From NCBI GenBank assembly GCA_033178465.1, contig GCA_033178465.1_4726.4: DNA of 37,920 nt; one strand, 5' to 3'. Origin of the DNA: a phage. This document shows, piece after piece, positions 15,783-24,738 of this stretch. The notes beneath the pieces are model-generated. The model ran no database searches. It was not told the origin of the DNA and saw nothing but the letters and a program-made list of their open reading frames with translations. The translations under genes and the position numbers were made by a program. Positions within the stretch are counted from its first letter, which is position 1, and each line of letters starts with the position of its first letter.

Positions 15783-16676
15783 TTATTCGGAAACGTTGTA
15801 ACCGAATACGGCTTTACCGTAGGTGTGGGTACCGTCAGCTAACGACACCACTAGCACATGGTTGTATGTGGCGTTAACACCCTTGTCGGTAGACTCGGTG
15901 GTAGCACCGTTATAGACAAAGGTAGCTGTTTGCAGATTGGCTTTCAGCTCGGTGATGATCTCCTCACTTACACCCGTCTGCTCTTTGATCAGCGTAGTCA
16001 GGTTACCTGCCAGGGTATCATCGATCTTGGTTTCATTACTGGTAATCGCCTGTAAGCCTACAGTGTAGGTGCTGAAGTCTAACGGATAGGTTAACAGACG
16101 TGCTGACGTTTTGGTACCATCGCCTTCATCAACGTAGGTTAAGTTACCCAGGTTGGTAACCTTGATGATGTTAGCCAGATCCAGCGTGGTGTTATAAACT
16201 TTAACTTGAACAGAACCATACCACGCCAACGAATCTTCTTTGGCTTCCAGGGTGATCGTCTGGATACCATGATCGTCGAAGGTAACAGGATTAGCTAACG
16301 TATCGGCTTTGATGTCTTTCGCTTTATCCAGGAACTTCTCACCGGAAGGCGTGATCATACCGTAGCGTTGAGCTACAAGGTCAACCACATCACCGATGGT
16401 GGTGTTCGCTTCAACGTTAACACGTACAGCGATCTTCTGGAACCACTTAGCCAGATCCAGACGATGGTAGGTAACATCGCGTTCATTGAAGTAAGGGGTA
16501 CCTTCACCAGGGCTAAGCGTTAAAGTTGCTTCTGGAGCAGAAGCGCTTTTGGATTTAAGAACGTATTTAAGATCACTGTATTGGAAGCTGGCACCAGTGT
16601 CGGCGTTGAGCTGGTTGATCTCATCAACGATAAGTTGCCAAGGTGTTTTTAAAGTAAGTGAAACTTGAGTTGCCAT
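15783..16676 (-). CDS. Paralog-family protein (297 aa), probable virion structural protein
   Basis: ATG 16676 with GAGGT upstream; shares the motifs TYHRLDL, LVAQRYGM and SLAWYGSVQV with the tandem paralogs at 28896-32515 and with the 180-aa protein; moderately optimised codon usage. Confidence 0.65.
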   Translation of the reverse strand: MATQVSLTLKTPWQLIVDEINQLNADTGASFQYSDLKYVLKSKSASAPEATLTLSPGEGTPYFNERDVTYHRLDLAKWFQKIAVRVNVEANTTIGDVVDLVAQRYGMITPSGEKFLDKAKDIKADTLANPVTFDDHGIQTITLEAKEDSLAWYGSVQVKVYNTTLDLANIIKVTNLGNLTYVDEGDGTKTSARLLTYPLDFSTYTVGLQAITSNETKIDDTLAGNLTTLIKEQTGVSEEIITELKANLQTATFVYNGATTESTDKGVNATYNHVLVVSLADGTHTYGKAVFGYNVSE

Positions 16677-16721
16677 TTTCTACCTCTATGGTTGTTACAT
16701 CACTCTCAAAAGATGTAAGTG

Positions 16722-16750
16722 TTTACAGAAATTAATATATTTTATATTAA
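16722..16750 (+). promoter_or_regulatory. Sigma70-like promoter candidate for gene 16819-17361
   Basis: TTTACA (16722-16727), 17-nt spacer, TATTAA (16745-16750); about 60 nt upstream of the ATG. Confidence 0.35.
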
Positions 16751-16818
16751 TGTAAATAATATGGAGAACGACTCCGAATCTCCTTTTCGACCATCAAAAA
16801 ATCAGAGGACACACAATC

Positions 16819-17361
16819 ATGGCCTTAGACTTTAACAAAGCAGCGAAATCCCTTCTGCTTGATCTTATCAACACCAAAGCGACCCGCACGCTGACCGAAG
16901 AAGAACTGCAGTTCGGTACTCCGGCGGCATCTTCCGAACATTCTAAGAACACCGTTATTCAGCTGGATGCTGCAGTTGGTGCAGAAAACCTGCAGGGTAC
17001 TCAGCAGTTCTACTACGATCGTCTGGCTCTGTCCGACGTTTTCGCTGATGTAACTGGCGATGTTACTTTCGAACTGCCGCACGGTACCGACAGCATCCAG
17101 GCTTCTGAACTGGTAAGCAAGCTGGTCACCAAATTCGGCCTGGCTTCCCTGAACGGTGAAATCAAAGAAGAAACCTTCCAGCTGTCTGCAGGTACTGTTG
17201 CTCAGGTAACTCTGAACGCGATCGAGAATGGCATGGTATATACCGGCACTCTGCAGGTTGCTCTGACCTATGCAGCAGCACCGAAAGATGACCTGGCAAC
17301 CGTTCTGGCGGATAACGTAGCCGATGGCTTCGTGAAACCGACCGTTAGCGTTGTTGGCTAA
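16819..17361 (+). CDS. Highly expressed small paralog-family protein (180 aa), probable major virion component
   Basis: ATG 16819 with AGAGGA upstream; strong bias to CTG, CCG, GGT, AAC and TTC codons (the most host-optimised gene in the window); contains family motifs FYYDRLAL, LVTKFGL and MVYTGTLQV. Confidence 0.75.
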   Translation: MALDFNKAAKSLLLDLINTKATRTLTEEELQFGTPAASSEHSKNTVIQLDAAVGAENLQGTQQFYYDRLALSDVFADVTGDVTFELPHGTDSIQASELVSKLVTKFGLASLNGEIKEETFQLSAGTVAQVTLNAIENGMVYTGTLQVALTYAAAPKDDLATVLADNVADGFVKPTVSVVG

Positions 17362-17560
17362 TAAGCACATAGAGCAATAGTATGGGTTTTGTACAGCTCG
17401 GCTATTGCTCTTCTACAATTTGGTTGTAACAATCTGCGTGGTTGCACGCTTATCTTTCTCATTGAGCGCTTCGTATGAAGCGTGGTGTTGAAAGGGTTGT
17501 GGATCTCCTCAAGCGGCCAGGGACCCAGACCAACCTGAATAAACACGAACACCTATTAAG

Positions 17561-17592
17561 CCCCTCCTCATCCGTTATTGGGTGAGGAGGGG
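17561..17592. terminator. Conserved GGAGG-rich hairpin at convergent junction
   Basis: Perfect 10-bp stem CCCCTCCTCA / TGAGGAGGGG with 12-nt loop; between stop 17361 (plus) and stop 17656 (minus). Confidence 0.45.
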
Positions 17593-17655
17593 TCTTATAC
17601 GTCTTTATGCGTTCCGTTCGTTCTGGAGCGTTTTAGGACGGTTTACTGCAAGGTT

Positions 17656-18291
17656 TTATTCAACACTGAAACCGTTCAAACAGATGGCTTCATAACGCTT
17701 ACGTTCACGACGTTTACGCGCCTGCCAGCCGTAAATGAACTTCTCGTCTTTCTCACGACGTTCCGCTAATTCGATGTAATAGGTGCTCTGCATGTCCAGC
17801 ATCGCATCGATGAGATAATCCTTACCGGTTGCGCCACGCTTAGCGATGTAGGCATCAAGAGCCGCCAGTGATTTGGGACCCATTGCACCATCGGCGTCAA
17901 TATCTTTCCAGTAAGTTTGACGGTTGTTCATGACGTTCAGGTAACGCTGAAGGTTCTTAACCGCAACCGTTTTACCTGCATTGATACCCAGGTCAAAGAG
18001 ACGGTCAGCTAAAAACACAGAACGTTTCATGACTTCGTCAAGTTTCATCTTATCCCAGAAGTGAGTCTTGTAGATAAAGAACGCCATTTCCGTGGTAAGG
18101 TTACGCATGTTACCGTTCCAGCCGAATTTCGTTTTCAGCGTGGTTTTATATTGGTTTGCTAAAGCTTGCGTAATGCCATGGTTCGTACATTTTCCGCTAT
18201 CATCTGGGTCATCAATATACCCGCCTTCAACATCGGTTTTGTCGCGGATGATAAATTCGCAGGTAAAATCTTTTTCAGTAATTTTAGCCAT
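17656..18291 (-). CDS. Endolysin, GH108-type muramidase-like with probable peptidoglycan-binding C-terminus
   Basis: N-terminal VEGGYIDDPDDSGKCTNHGIT matches the conserved EGGY..D..D.G..T..GIT motif of GH108 phage lysozymes; ATG 18291 with GAGGT upstream. Confidence 0.7.
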   Translation of the reverse strand: MAKITEKDFTCEFIIRDKTDVEGGYIDDPDDSGKCTNHGITQALANQYKTTLKTKFGWNGNMRNLTTEMAFFIYKTHFWDKMKLDEVMKRSVFLADRLFDLGINAGKTVAVKNLQRYLNVMNNRQTYWKDIDADGAMGPKSLAALDAYIAKRGATGKDYLIDAMLDMQSTYYIELAERREKDEKFIYGWQARKRRERKRYEAICLNGFSVE

Positions 18292-18302
18292 AGGAACCTC
18301 TA

Positions 18303-19412
18303 ATGGAGTTACGTGTTTGTAAATGTTGCGGAGTGGAGAAATCTATTATTGAGTTCAAACCTACCACATCCGGGTATTACACAAGAACGTGTAAAAAGTG
18401 TTTGGTGGCATACAAGAAACAATGGAGGAAACTCAACCCAGATAAAGAACGTGCACAAATCAAACGTTATATGGAGAAATGTAAAAACAGAACAGGAGAT
18501 GTTAAGCTGGCTTACATCAGATCGTTGCAACCGGCGCTGCGTGTTAAGGCAAAAATAGACTACCCTGAAAATATTCTTCTCTTACATTGCTTTAAATGCG
18601 ATGGAGTTAAGCCGGTGGATAGTTTTGCTTTGGCTGCTGCTAGACCAACCGGTAGGTCGAATATTTGTCGAGCATGTTTGCAACAACACACCCACAACAG
18701 GAAATATCTCCCTACGGAACAGTTTTATCGGTGCCAACGTTGTGGTAAAACGAAACCAGCCGATCAATTTAGAGATCGATCCTCTGTGATTCGTGGAAAA
18801 CATTCTTACTGTTTAGATTGTGAAAAAGACGTTAAAGAAGAATTGTTGCGACGCAGAACTCCTGAATATCAGATTGAGAAACTAAAAGAGAAAAGTGTAT
18901 TGCTTGCGTGTAAACATGGACTGGATCCGGATAAGCTCTGGAAGAAATGCTCGAGTTGCGGCGAGATAAAACGACCATCCGATTTTTCTCGCAATTGCCG
19001 TGCAATAGATGGATACCAGTCTATTTGTAAACACTGTCGCTCGGCCAGTAGCGAAACATTCGCTGGATTCAGGAGACGTATCCATGCCGCCGTCGGTCAT
19101 GCGACGACCGTTGGTAAACTAACACGTCCTGATACATGCGAAGAGTGTGGCTGTAACGCATACACTGAGGCACACCATGACAACTATCTTAAACCTTTCG
19201 ATGTTCGCTGGTTATGCCGTAGCTGCCATCGTAAAGTCCATTTGAATTACGTATTTGTTGAAATACGTTATTTCAAGGAAAAAGGTTTAACGGTTGAAGA
19301 AGTTGTGCGTCGAGCTTACCCTGACGCTTTTGATTGGGTGGTGGTTAACCCGGAAGATAAGAATGCGCTAGTTATCGTCCGAGTACCACCACAGTTACGA
19401 GAGTTAGATTAA
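18303..19412 (+). CDS. HNH endonuclease with four N-terminal zinc-ribbon-like repeats (homing-endonuclease-like)
   Basis: C-terminal CEECG...HHDNY...WLCRSCHRKVH HNH motif; four repeats of C-x2-C-G-x2-K-x4-F...C-x2-C; visibly AT-richer than neighbours; opposite orientation to both flanking genes; start only 11 bp from the endolysin start. Confidence 0.7.
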   Translation: MELRVCKCCGVEKSIIEFKPTTSGYYTRTCKKCLVAYKKQWRKLNPDKERAQIKRYMEKCKNRTGDVKLAYIRSLQPALRVKAKIDYPENILLLHCFKCDGVKPVDSFALAAARPTGRSNICRACLQQHTHNRKYLPTEQFYRCQRCGKTKPADQFRDRSSVIRGKHSYCLDCEKDVKEELLRRRTPEYQIEKLKEKSVLLACKHGLDPDKLWKKCSSCGEIKRPSDFSRNCRAIDGYQSICKHCRSASSETFAGFRRRIHAAVGHATTVGKLTRPDTCEECGCNAYTEAHHDNYLKPFDVRWLCRSCHRKVHLNYVFVEIRYFKEKGLTVEEVVRRAYPDAFDWVVVNPEDKNALVIVRVPPQLRELD

Positions 19413-19420
19413 TGTCGAAT

Positions 19421-19444
19421 AAGAGGGAGTGGCAGCTCCCTCTT
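19421..19444 (+). terminator. Terminator candidate after the HNH gene
   Basis: Stem AAGAGGGAG / CTCCCTCTT (9 bp) with 6-nt loop, followed by a partly T-rich run. Confidence 0.4.
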
Positions 19445-19488
19445 TATGCCGTGTTGTTAAATACTGGATTTAGAGGAACAGGAAGGGT

Positions 19489-19563
19489 CTAGAACGCGAT
19501 AAACGATTTAATCCAGGCAAACCCCAGGTTAAACTTTTCGAAGCGTTACAACGCGTTCTAGAG
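19489..19563. repeat. 11-bp perfect inverted repeat pair TCTAGAACGCG ... CGCGTTCTAGA separated by 52 bp
   Basis: Copies at 19489-19499 and 19553-19563, between the HNH gene and the stop of the tail-fibre gene at 19571. Confidence 0.4.
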
Positions 19564-19570
19564 CGCAATA

Positions 19571-21619
19571 TCAAATACCTTTGGTTCCCTTCACGTGATG
19601 TGCGATTTCTTCAACCATTGCACGCAGGGCACGAAGCTGTTGGTCGTGTTCGTACCAACCGCCTAACAGAACCCCGCTATACACCATGGTGTCAAGACTT
19701 AACAGTCCTTTATCTGATACGTTGATCATTTCAGGGAACTGTTCTTGAACACGCTGTGCGATAACACCGATCTTCTCGACATCAGGATCGTAGTTGTGAC
19801 GGAAACGGGCAAGCCCGCTGCGCGCCATTTCGCGTAAACGTTCACTGAGAGATTCCGGATGATCTTTCAGATAACGAATGTCGTGTTTACTACGCTCATC
19901 TGAACGGATGTAAGCGTTAGGAACATCGATGTTGCTGTTGAAGTACAGCGCACTACCACCGCCTGCAGAGTTCCCCCAATAGAAGCGTGTGATCTCACCG
20001 CCGCCATTTTCCGTGATGATAACATGTTTACCTAAACGCGTACCACCGTTACCATCAACGAAGACCAGTTTGTTTCCGCTGTAAGAACCCCAGAACAAGC
20101 GTGTATCGATGATGTGTGTTGCAGCGAGACGGGCGTTACGTGGTGTAGAATACACGGTGTTAACATCTTGCTGCGCATGTGCATCGGAAGCGATACCATA
20201 GTTCTGTACGTTACCCAATCCCACCTGCGCTTTTGTAACAGCATGCGGGTTATCCCGACGGTTAGCGTGAGCGTTAACCAGATCACCCGCTAATTTCTGA
20301 ATTGCCCAGTTGGTAGACTGTGGTGTCATGTAACGGTTCGTTGCAGAACCACCTTGCGCTTCAGCTTGGTTAGCGGTTGGGTAGTTCTCAACACTTCCTA
20401 ACCCTACTTGTGCCTTAGACACTTGGTGTGGGTTATTCTTATCGGCGATGTGTGCATTAAGCGGAACTAACGCAAAGGTCTCAATGGACGCTTTGGTTGT
20501 GTTCGGTGCCATTAATCGGTTAGCTGCAACACCAGCACGCGCTTCTTCTTCAGAAGCCATTGGGTAGTCTTGCACATTCCCTAACCCAACCTGTGCTTTG
20601 GTCACCCTGTGTGGGTTGTTGTAATCGGCTTTATGCGCATTAAGCGGAATCAGTGCGAACTGTTCAATCGCTGCAACAGTACGTAGCGGCGTCATGAAAC
20701 GGTTGTTCGCTGTACCCGCTTTTGCTTCAGAGTCCGACGCTGTCGGGAAGTTATCAACGTTCCCAAGGTTAACCTGTGCTTTGGTGACGCTATGCGGGTT
20801 ATCCCGGCGGTTAGCATGCGCGTCGACCAGATCGCCTGCCAGTTTAGCAATCGCCCAGCCAACCGTCTGTGCTGTCATGTAACGGTCAGGTGCAGTACCG
20901 GCTTCTGCCTCCGCCTTGTTTGCGGTAGGGTAGTTCTGTACGTTACCTAGTCCGACTTGGGCTTTTGTTACTTCGTGCGGGTTATCGGTACGGTTAGCAT
21001 GTGCGTAATGCAGATCGGTCAGATCTTTATCCGCCGCTTGCATGTCTTTGCGTAGCTGATCGATTGCCGCCCAGAGACGGTTATCGGACGCAGCATCACC
21101 GATAAGTATTGCAGCTTTTAACGAATAGATCGCTAAGCAAAGATGCTCGGTACCGTAGATGGCGCTAACGTGGTGGATGTGTGGTTCAGGCGGATAGAGT
21201 TCTGGTTTGTTCTTGATGTCGTCCCAGTTGATCGGACGATCGTCAAGTTTGAGTTCTTCGATAGCCTGATATAACGCGTCAATAAGACTTACGTAAACAC
21301 CACCGATGATACGATAGTCGTTAACTAACGTACCCTCGATATCATCGTTGATGATGGCGATGGCTGCACAGATTTCTTTACCAGCGTAAAGCGTAGCGTC
21401 CTGATACAAGAAGATGGGCTTATAATCCACGCCTCGTACCAGTGTCTTACCGGTAAGCTTTTCAGTGATGACCAGACTTTCGGTGAAGAACGGTCCGCCA
21501 TCAAGGGCGTAACATTTATTCTCGGTTCGTGGAACGGTATGCTCTTCACCAACGATGTGGTTGCTGGCGAGTGTACCGGTCCAGTCCTCGGGGTACTTCA
21601 GGGTAATTGGTGTCGACAT
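19571..21619 (-). CDS. Tail fibre protein with about five tandem 61-aa repeats and C-terminal intramolecular-chaperone (peptidase S74-like) domain
   Basis: Five repeats with core NPHxVTKAQVGLGNVxNY...YMTP; C-terminal SDERSKHDIRYLKD...GLLSLDTMVY matches the self-cleaving chaperone domain known from endosialidases and L-shaped tail fibres; N-terminus similar to gene 25306-27459. Confidence 0.8.
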   Translation of the reverse strand: MSTPITLKYPEDWTGTLASNHIVGEEHTVPRTENKCYALDGGPFFTESLVITEKLTGKTLVRGVDYKPIFLYQDATLYAGKEICAAIAIINDDIEGTLVNDYRIIGGVYVSLIDALYQAIEELKLDDRPINWDDIKNKPELYPPEPHIHHVSAIYGTEHLCLAIYSLKAAILIGDAASDNRLWAAIDQLRKDMQAADKDLTDLHYAHANRTDNPHEVTKAQVGLGNVQNYPTANKAEAEAGTAPDRYMTAQTVGWAIAKLAGDLVDAHANRRDNPHSVTKAQVNLGNVDNFPTASDSEAKAGTANNRFMTPLRTVAAIEQFALIPLNAHKADYNNPHRVTKAQVGLGNVQDYPMASEEEARAGVAANRLMAPNTTKASIETFALVPLNAHIADKNNPHQVSKAQVGLGSVENYPTANQAEAQGGSATNRYMTPQSTNWAIQKLAGDLVNAHANRRDNPHAVTKAQVGLGNVQNYGIASDAHAQQDVNTVYSTPRNARLAATHIIDTRLFWGSYSGNKLVFVDGNGGTRLGKHVIITENGGGEITRFYWGNSAGGGSALYFNSNIDVPNAYIRSDERSKHDIRYLKDHPESLSERLREMARSGLARFRHNYDPDVEKIGVIAQRVQEQFPEMINVSDKGLLSLDTMVYSGVLLGGWYEHDQQLRALRAMVEEIAHHVKGTKGI
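20190..21010 (-). repeat. Tandem in-frame repeats, about 183 bp period, 5 copies (tail-fibre repeat)
   Basis: Recurrent plus-strand block resembling GTTCTG-ACGTT-CC-A-CC-AC-TG-GCTTTGGT-AC at about 20198, 20383, 20567, 20750 and 20933. Confidence 0.75.
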
Positions 21620-21632
21620 AACCTGGAGGTCC

Positions 21633-24236
21633 TTATAACGTGACTGTACCTAATTTGGTTGTCTTATTGAGATTAATGACAGAGATCTGGGTATCGCTGG
21701 TCGTGATGGTGCCAATATTAACACGTTGTCCTTTATCATCTTCTTGCTTGTAGATGGTTAACTCCAGTTCTAACTGGTCGCCATTAGGAACAACGGAAAC
21801 GTACCATGTTTTATTACCCGGGGAGCTATTATAGTCTTTTAGGTTATAATGGCCTTTAGGTAAGGTCATGACCTTACCGGCAAACAAGCAAGTGATGTCT
21901 TCGTTGATGTAGATATCGTAGCCGGAAGCAGCAACGACCGTAGAAACCATGTAACGGTTTTTAACGGCGAGAGCTTTATATTCCGCGACGGAATTGCCCA
22001 CGACATTAAAGACTTGACCGCCATTTCCCATCACCGTAGAGACTGCGGTATCAACATAACCGATTCCCCACACCGGATGCACGTTCCAACGATAGCCGTT
22101 TGTCTGTAGGTAAGCATACATCCCTTCAAATGCGATGGTTGTCCAGTTTCCATCGTTCTGCCGTCCAGCTCGGAACTGATAGGTGTTTTGATTTCCTGCA
22201 GACTGACGGGAACACGGAACGTGCCCAGCAACAAGCCATCCATCACTCACCTTCTTGTACGCGAGTACGCCCCACGCAACATCTTGAGTTCCGATATTTG
22301 ATGTATCGCCGTCTTCGACATAACCCAGCAGTTTGGTTACGCCTGTCACGGTGATAGCGCCTTTACGTGCGGATACGGTAACCTCCGCGGCGATTCGTCC
22401 ATGTACGCGTGTTTCGGTATTACAACCAACAACAAACAGAATACAGGGTGCGTTCGTACCGTCTGGAGGTACCGCTAACGCATGCCGCCACCGACTTACC
22501 CCTGATAACTTAGATCCTGTATATGCGTTCCACACAAGCTGACCACCTGCTTGCAGATTCGCTGCGGTTATGCTGATAGCTTCTCCGGAAGGCGTAAGTT
22601 TGGTTGCGTCGTAACCTATTTTGTTTGTTAGGATCACATCGGTTAAATAAGACCCGCTAACTACCGTATTATCGTCGCTTAAATGCACGGTTAGGAAAGG
22701 TAACGACATTTGACCTGTTCTAACCACCACGTTGTTGGAAGGCGGGAAACCGTAAACATCAATACCCTCGCCTTGATAATGGTAGTTGAGGTCCCAGTCA
22801 TAGGTCACTAGACGAGCCTCAAAATTACCCTGTCCGCCACCCGTACGTGAGTTAACGAAAACCTTGTTTTTAGAAAAGAAACCCAGGTAACCATGGGACG
22901 CCAGTGCGCCTACGACACGATCACCGACGTTTTTCCAGTATGAATCGTACTGTATTCCACCAGTAGGACCGAGTTTGGCGAGTTCGTCGAACACGTTTCC
23001 AGAGAAACCGTTGATAGTGTACGATCGCGCTTGGGGGGCGGATAAGTTGTCGTTTTGGATAATGGCTACCTGACCACGTTCGTTGATTTCGATATTCCCG
23101 GTACCGTTACCCGAACCCCATTGCCAGAAACCGTCGTTATATCCGCTTGTCCCTTCCGTTGTGTTGGAAGGTCCTATCCAATCAATACCACTGCTGGTCG
23201 ATGTGTAGGTCGATTGTCCAGCGCCAGGGTTCATGCTGTAACTGTTGTTGGTGGTTTCAAAATCCAAATAGAACTGATGCAGCCCGTTTTTAGATCGGTT
23301 GTTACGGTTGTTCGTCCACCACGCCGAAGCAATCAGAATACGTGCTTTAGTACCTTTGGTTGCTGCGAACATACGAATCTGAGCACGCCAGACGGTTTGA
23401 CCGATCCCGTCAGAAGGGAAATCGTTCGTAGTTATACGGTTGCAGACAATCATCTCGGCACTGTTGCTTATCGCCGTTCCTTCTATCGTTCTACCGCTAA
23501 TATTCGTAAGCTGTGTAGCTGCTACGCTGCCACCGCTGGGACCGATGGAAGATTTCGTTACGGTATAAACATTTAAGTAGAGTTTATAACTGTTAGTGCC
23601 AGCAATAGCGATGTAGATTTTACCGTTAATTTCCCAACAGCAGACATTCGGTGACGTATCAACAAAGTTGGCAAGACTACCATCAAGATACATGGCGACA
23701 TGTTTGGATGCGTCAAACGTTCCGTCTGTCAATGCGATAAACATTTTAGGGCTGCTACCGTCTTCAAAAGCAGCTTGACCTAACATGATACCGTTCTGGT
23801 GACAGTATATCACCGTAGGAATACGATCGAGCGTTGCGGGCTCATAGCGACGGCTGGTTGGAATAACTTCAGTGATCTGTCCGTTTTGATTTGTTTTACA
23901 GATAACGTAGTAAACCCCTTTCTTTACGCTGTTCGTTGCCGAACGCAGTAACACGATAGTGCCGTCGGATTCACGGCATACGCCGTAACGACGGTATTTG
24001 TCGTTTAGACAGATAGCACCATCAGCGGAGCCTTCAATTGCCAGAGGAAAATAACTTTGGTCCCCAACCTGTTCGATATCGGTTACGCCAATATCGATAT
24101 ATTTTTCCATCTCAGCGTTGAACTCAGCGGTACTGTAGGCCCCAAGATCGCTCGCTTTCAGTCCCGTTGGGTTGTCGCGACTGGCGATACGCGTATTAAC
24201 GCTACTCACCAGTTCGCTGAACTTTTTCATTGCCAT
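21633..24236 (-). CDS. Large tail fibre or tailspike-like protein (867 aa), putative receptor-binding protein
   Basis: Lies between the fibre genes; N-terminal KKFSELVSSVNTRIASRDNPTGLKASD resembles the N-termini of the two small downstream genes; Gly/Ser/Thr/Asn-rich beta-type composition; ATG 24236 with GAGGTG upstream. Confidence 0.55.
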   Translation of the reverse strand: MAMKKFSELVSSVNTRIASRDNPTGLKASDLGAYSTAEFNAEMEKYIDIGVTDIEQVGDQSYFPLAIEGSADGAICLNDKYRRYGVCRESDGTIVLLRSATNSVKKGVYYVICKTNQNGQITEVIPTSRRYEPATLDRIPTVIYCHQNGIMLGQAAFEDGSSPKMFIALTDGTFDASKHVAMYLDGSLANFVDTSPNVCCWEINGKIYIAIAGTNSYKLYLNVYTVTKSSIGPSGGSVAATQLTNISGRTIEGTAISNSAEMIVCNRITTNDFPSDGIGQTVWRAQIRMFAATKGTKARILIASAWWTNNRNNRSKNGLHQFYLDFETTNNSYSMNPGAGQSTYTSTSSGIDWIGPSNTTEGTSGYNDGFWQWGSGNGTGNIEINERGQVAIIQNDNLSAPQARSYTINGFSGNVFDELAKLGPTGGIQYDSYWKNVGDRVVGALASHGYLGFFSKNKVFVNSRTGGGQGNFEARLVTYDWDLNYHYQGEGIDVYGFPPSNNVVVRTGQMSLPFLTVHLSDDNTVVSGSYLTDVILTNKIGYDATKLTPSGEAISITAANLQAGGQLVWNAYTGSKLSGVSRWRHALAVPPDGTNAPCILFVVGCNTETRVHGRIAAEVTVSARKGAITVTGVTKLLGYVEDGDTSNIGTQDVAWGVLAYKKVSDGWLVAGHVPCSRQSAGNQNTYQFRAGRQNDGNWTTIAFEGMYAYLQTNGYRWNVHPVWGIGYVDTAVSTVMGNGGQVFNVVGNSVAEYKALAVKNRYMVSTVVAASGYDIYINEDITCLFAGKVMTLPKGHYNLKDYNSSPGNKTWYVSVVPNGDQLELELTIYKQEDDKGQRVNIGTITTSDTQISVINLNKTTKLGTVTL

Positions 24237-24248
24237 TATTCACCTCGA

Positions 24249-24734
24249 TTAAATAGGCGAGTCGGGTAGCTGACCATCATCGATCTCGATGGTGGCCACC
24301 TTACGTGTTGCAGCAAGATGTGATGTACCCTGGATTTTGTTCCAGGTGCCGATACGCATGGCGTTTTTGTAGCTGCTATCGCTATCGTTCAGCGTGTAAA
24401 CAAAACCGCTATCGGTTACGGCAAGATAGATCCAGCCTACAGACTCACTGATGCCCGACACGTCCAAAGTTGCTGCTGGTACCGTCCCTACCACCGTGTT
24501 GTATTCCGCTGTACCTTGACCAATGCTGATCCGTCCGTTGCTGTAAGTGGCTGCCGGAAGCGTTTTATTTCGACTGAAGAAAAGAAACGGAAGGTAACGC
24601 TGAGTAACAAGCGGTGCAAGTTTAGAAGCCACTTCGGTCTTAACGTAGACATCTGTTTGTGCTGGCGTTACCTCGTGAGGGTTCTTTTGGGTAAGATACG
24701 TCCCCCATTCAGAAAGCAGTGTTGATAGCTTCAT
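24249..24734 (-). CDS. Small fibre-associated protein (161 aa) with N-terminal NPHEVTPAQ docking-like motif
   Basis: N-terminus MKLSTLLSEWGTYLTQKNPHEVTPAQTD copies the repeat core of the large fibres; paralog of 24739-25248. Confidence 0.55.
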   Translation of the reverse strand: MKLSTLLSEWGTYLTQKNPHEVTPAQTDVYVKTEVASKLAPLVTQRYLPFLFFSRNKTLPAATYSNGRISIGQGTAEYNTVVGTVPAATLDVSGISESVGWIYLAVTDSGFVYTLNDSDSSYKNAMRIGTWNKIQGTSHLAATRKVATIEIDDGQLPDSPI

Positions 24735-24738
24735 GCGG

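Noticed and set aside
16825-17370. Minus-strand 181-aa ORF
   Set aside because: Exactly antisense to the strongly codon-optimised 180-aa gene 16819-17361; Cys/Arg-rich product; the plus-strand gene has the RBS and promoter
17358-17552. Minus-strand 64-aa ORF with an apparent GAGGAGG SD
   Set aside because: The SD is simply one arm of the conserved terminator hairpin at 17561-17592; the product is basic and low complexity, and the ORF overlaps the end of the 180-aa gene
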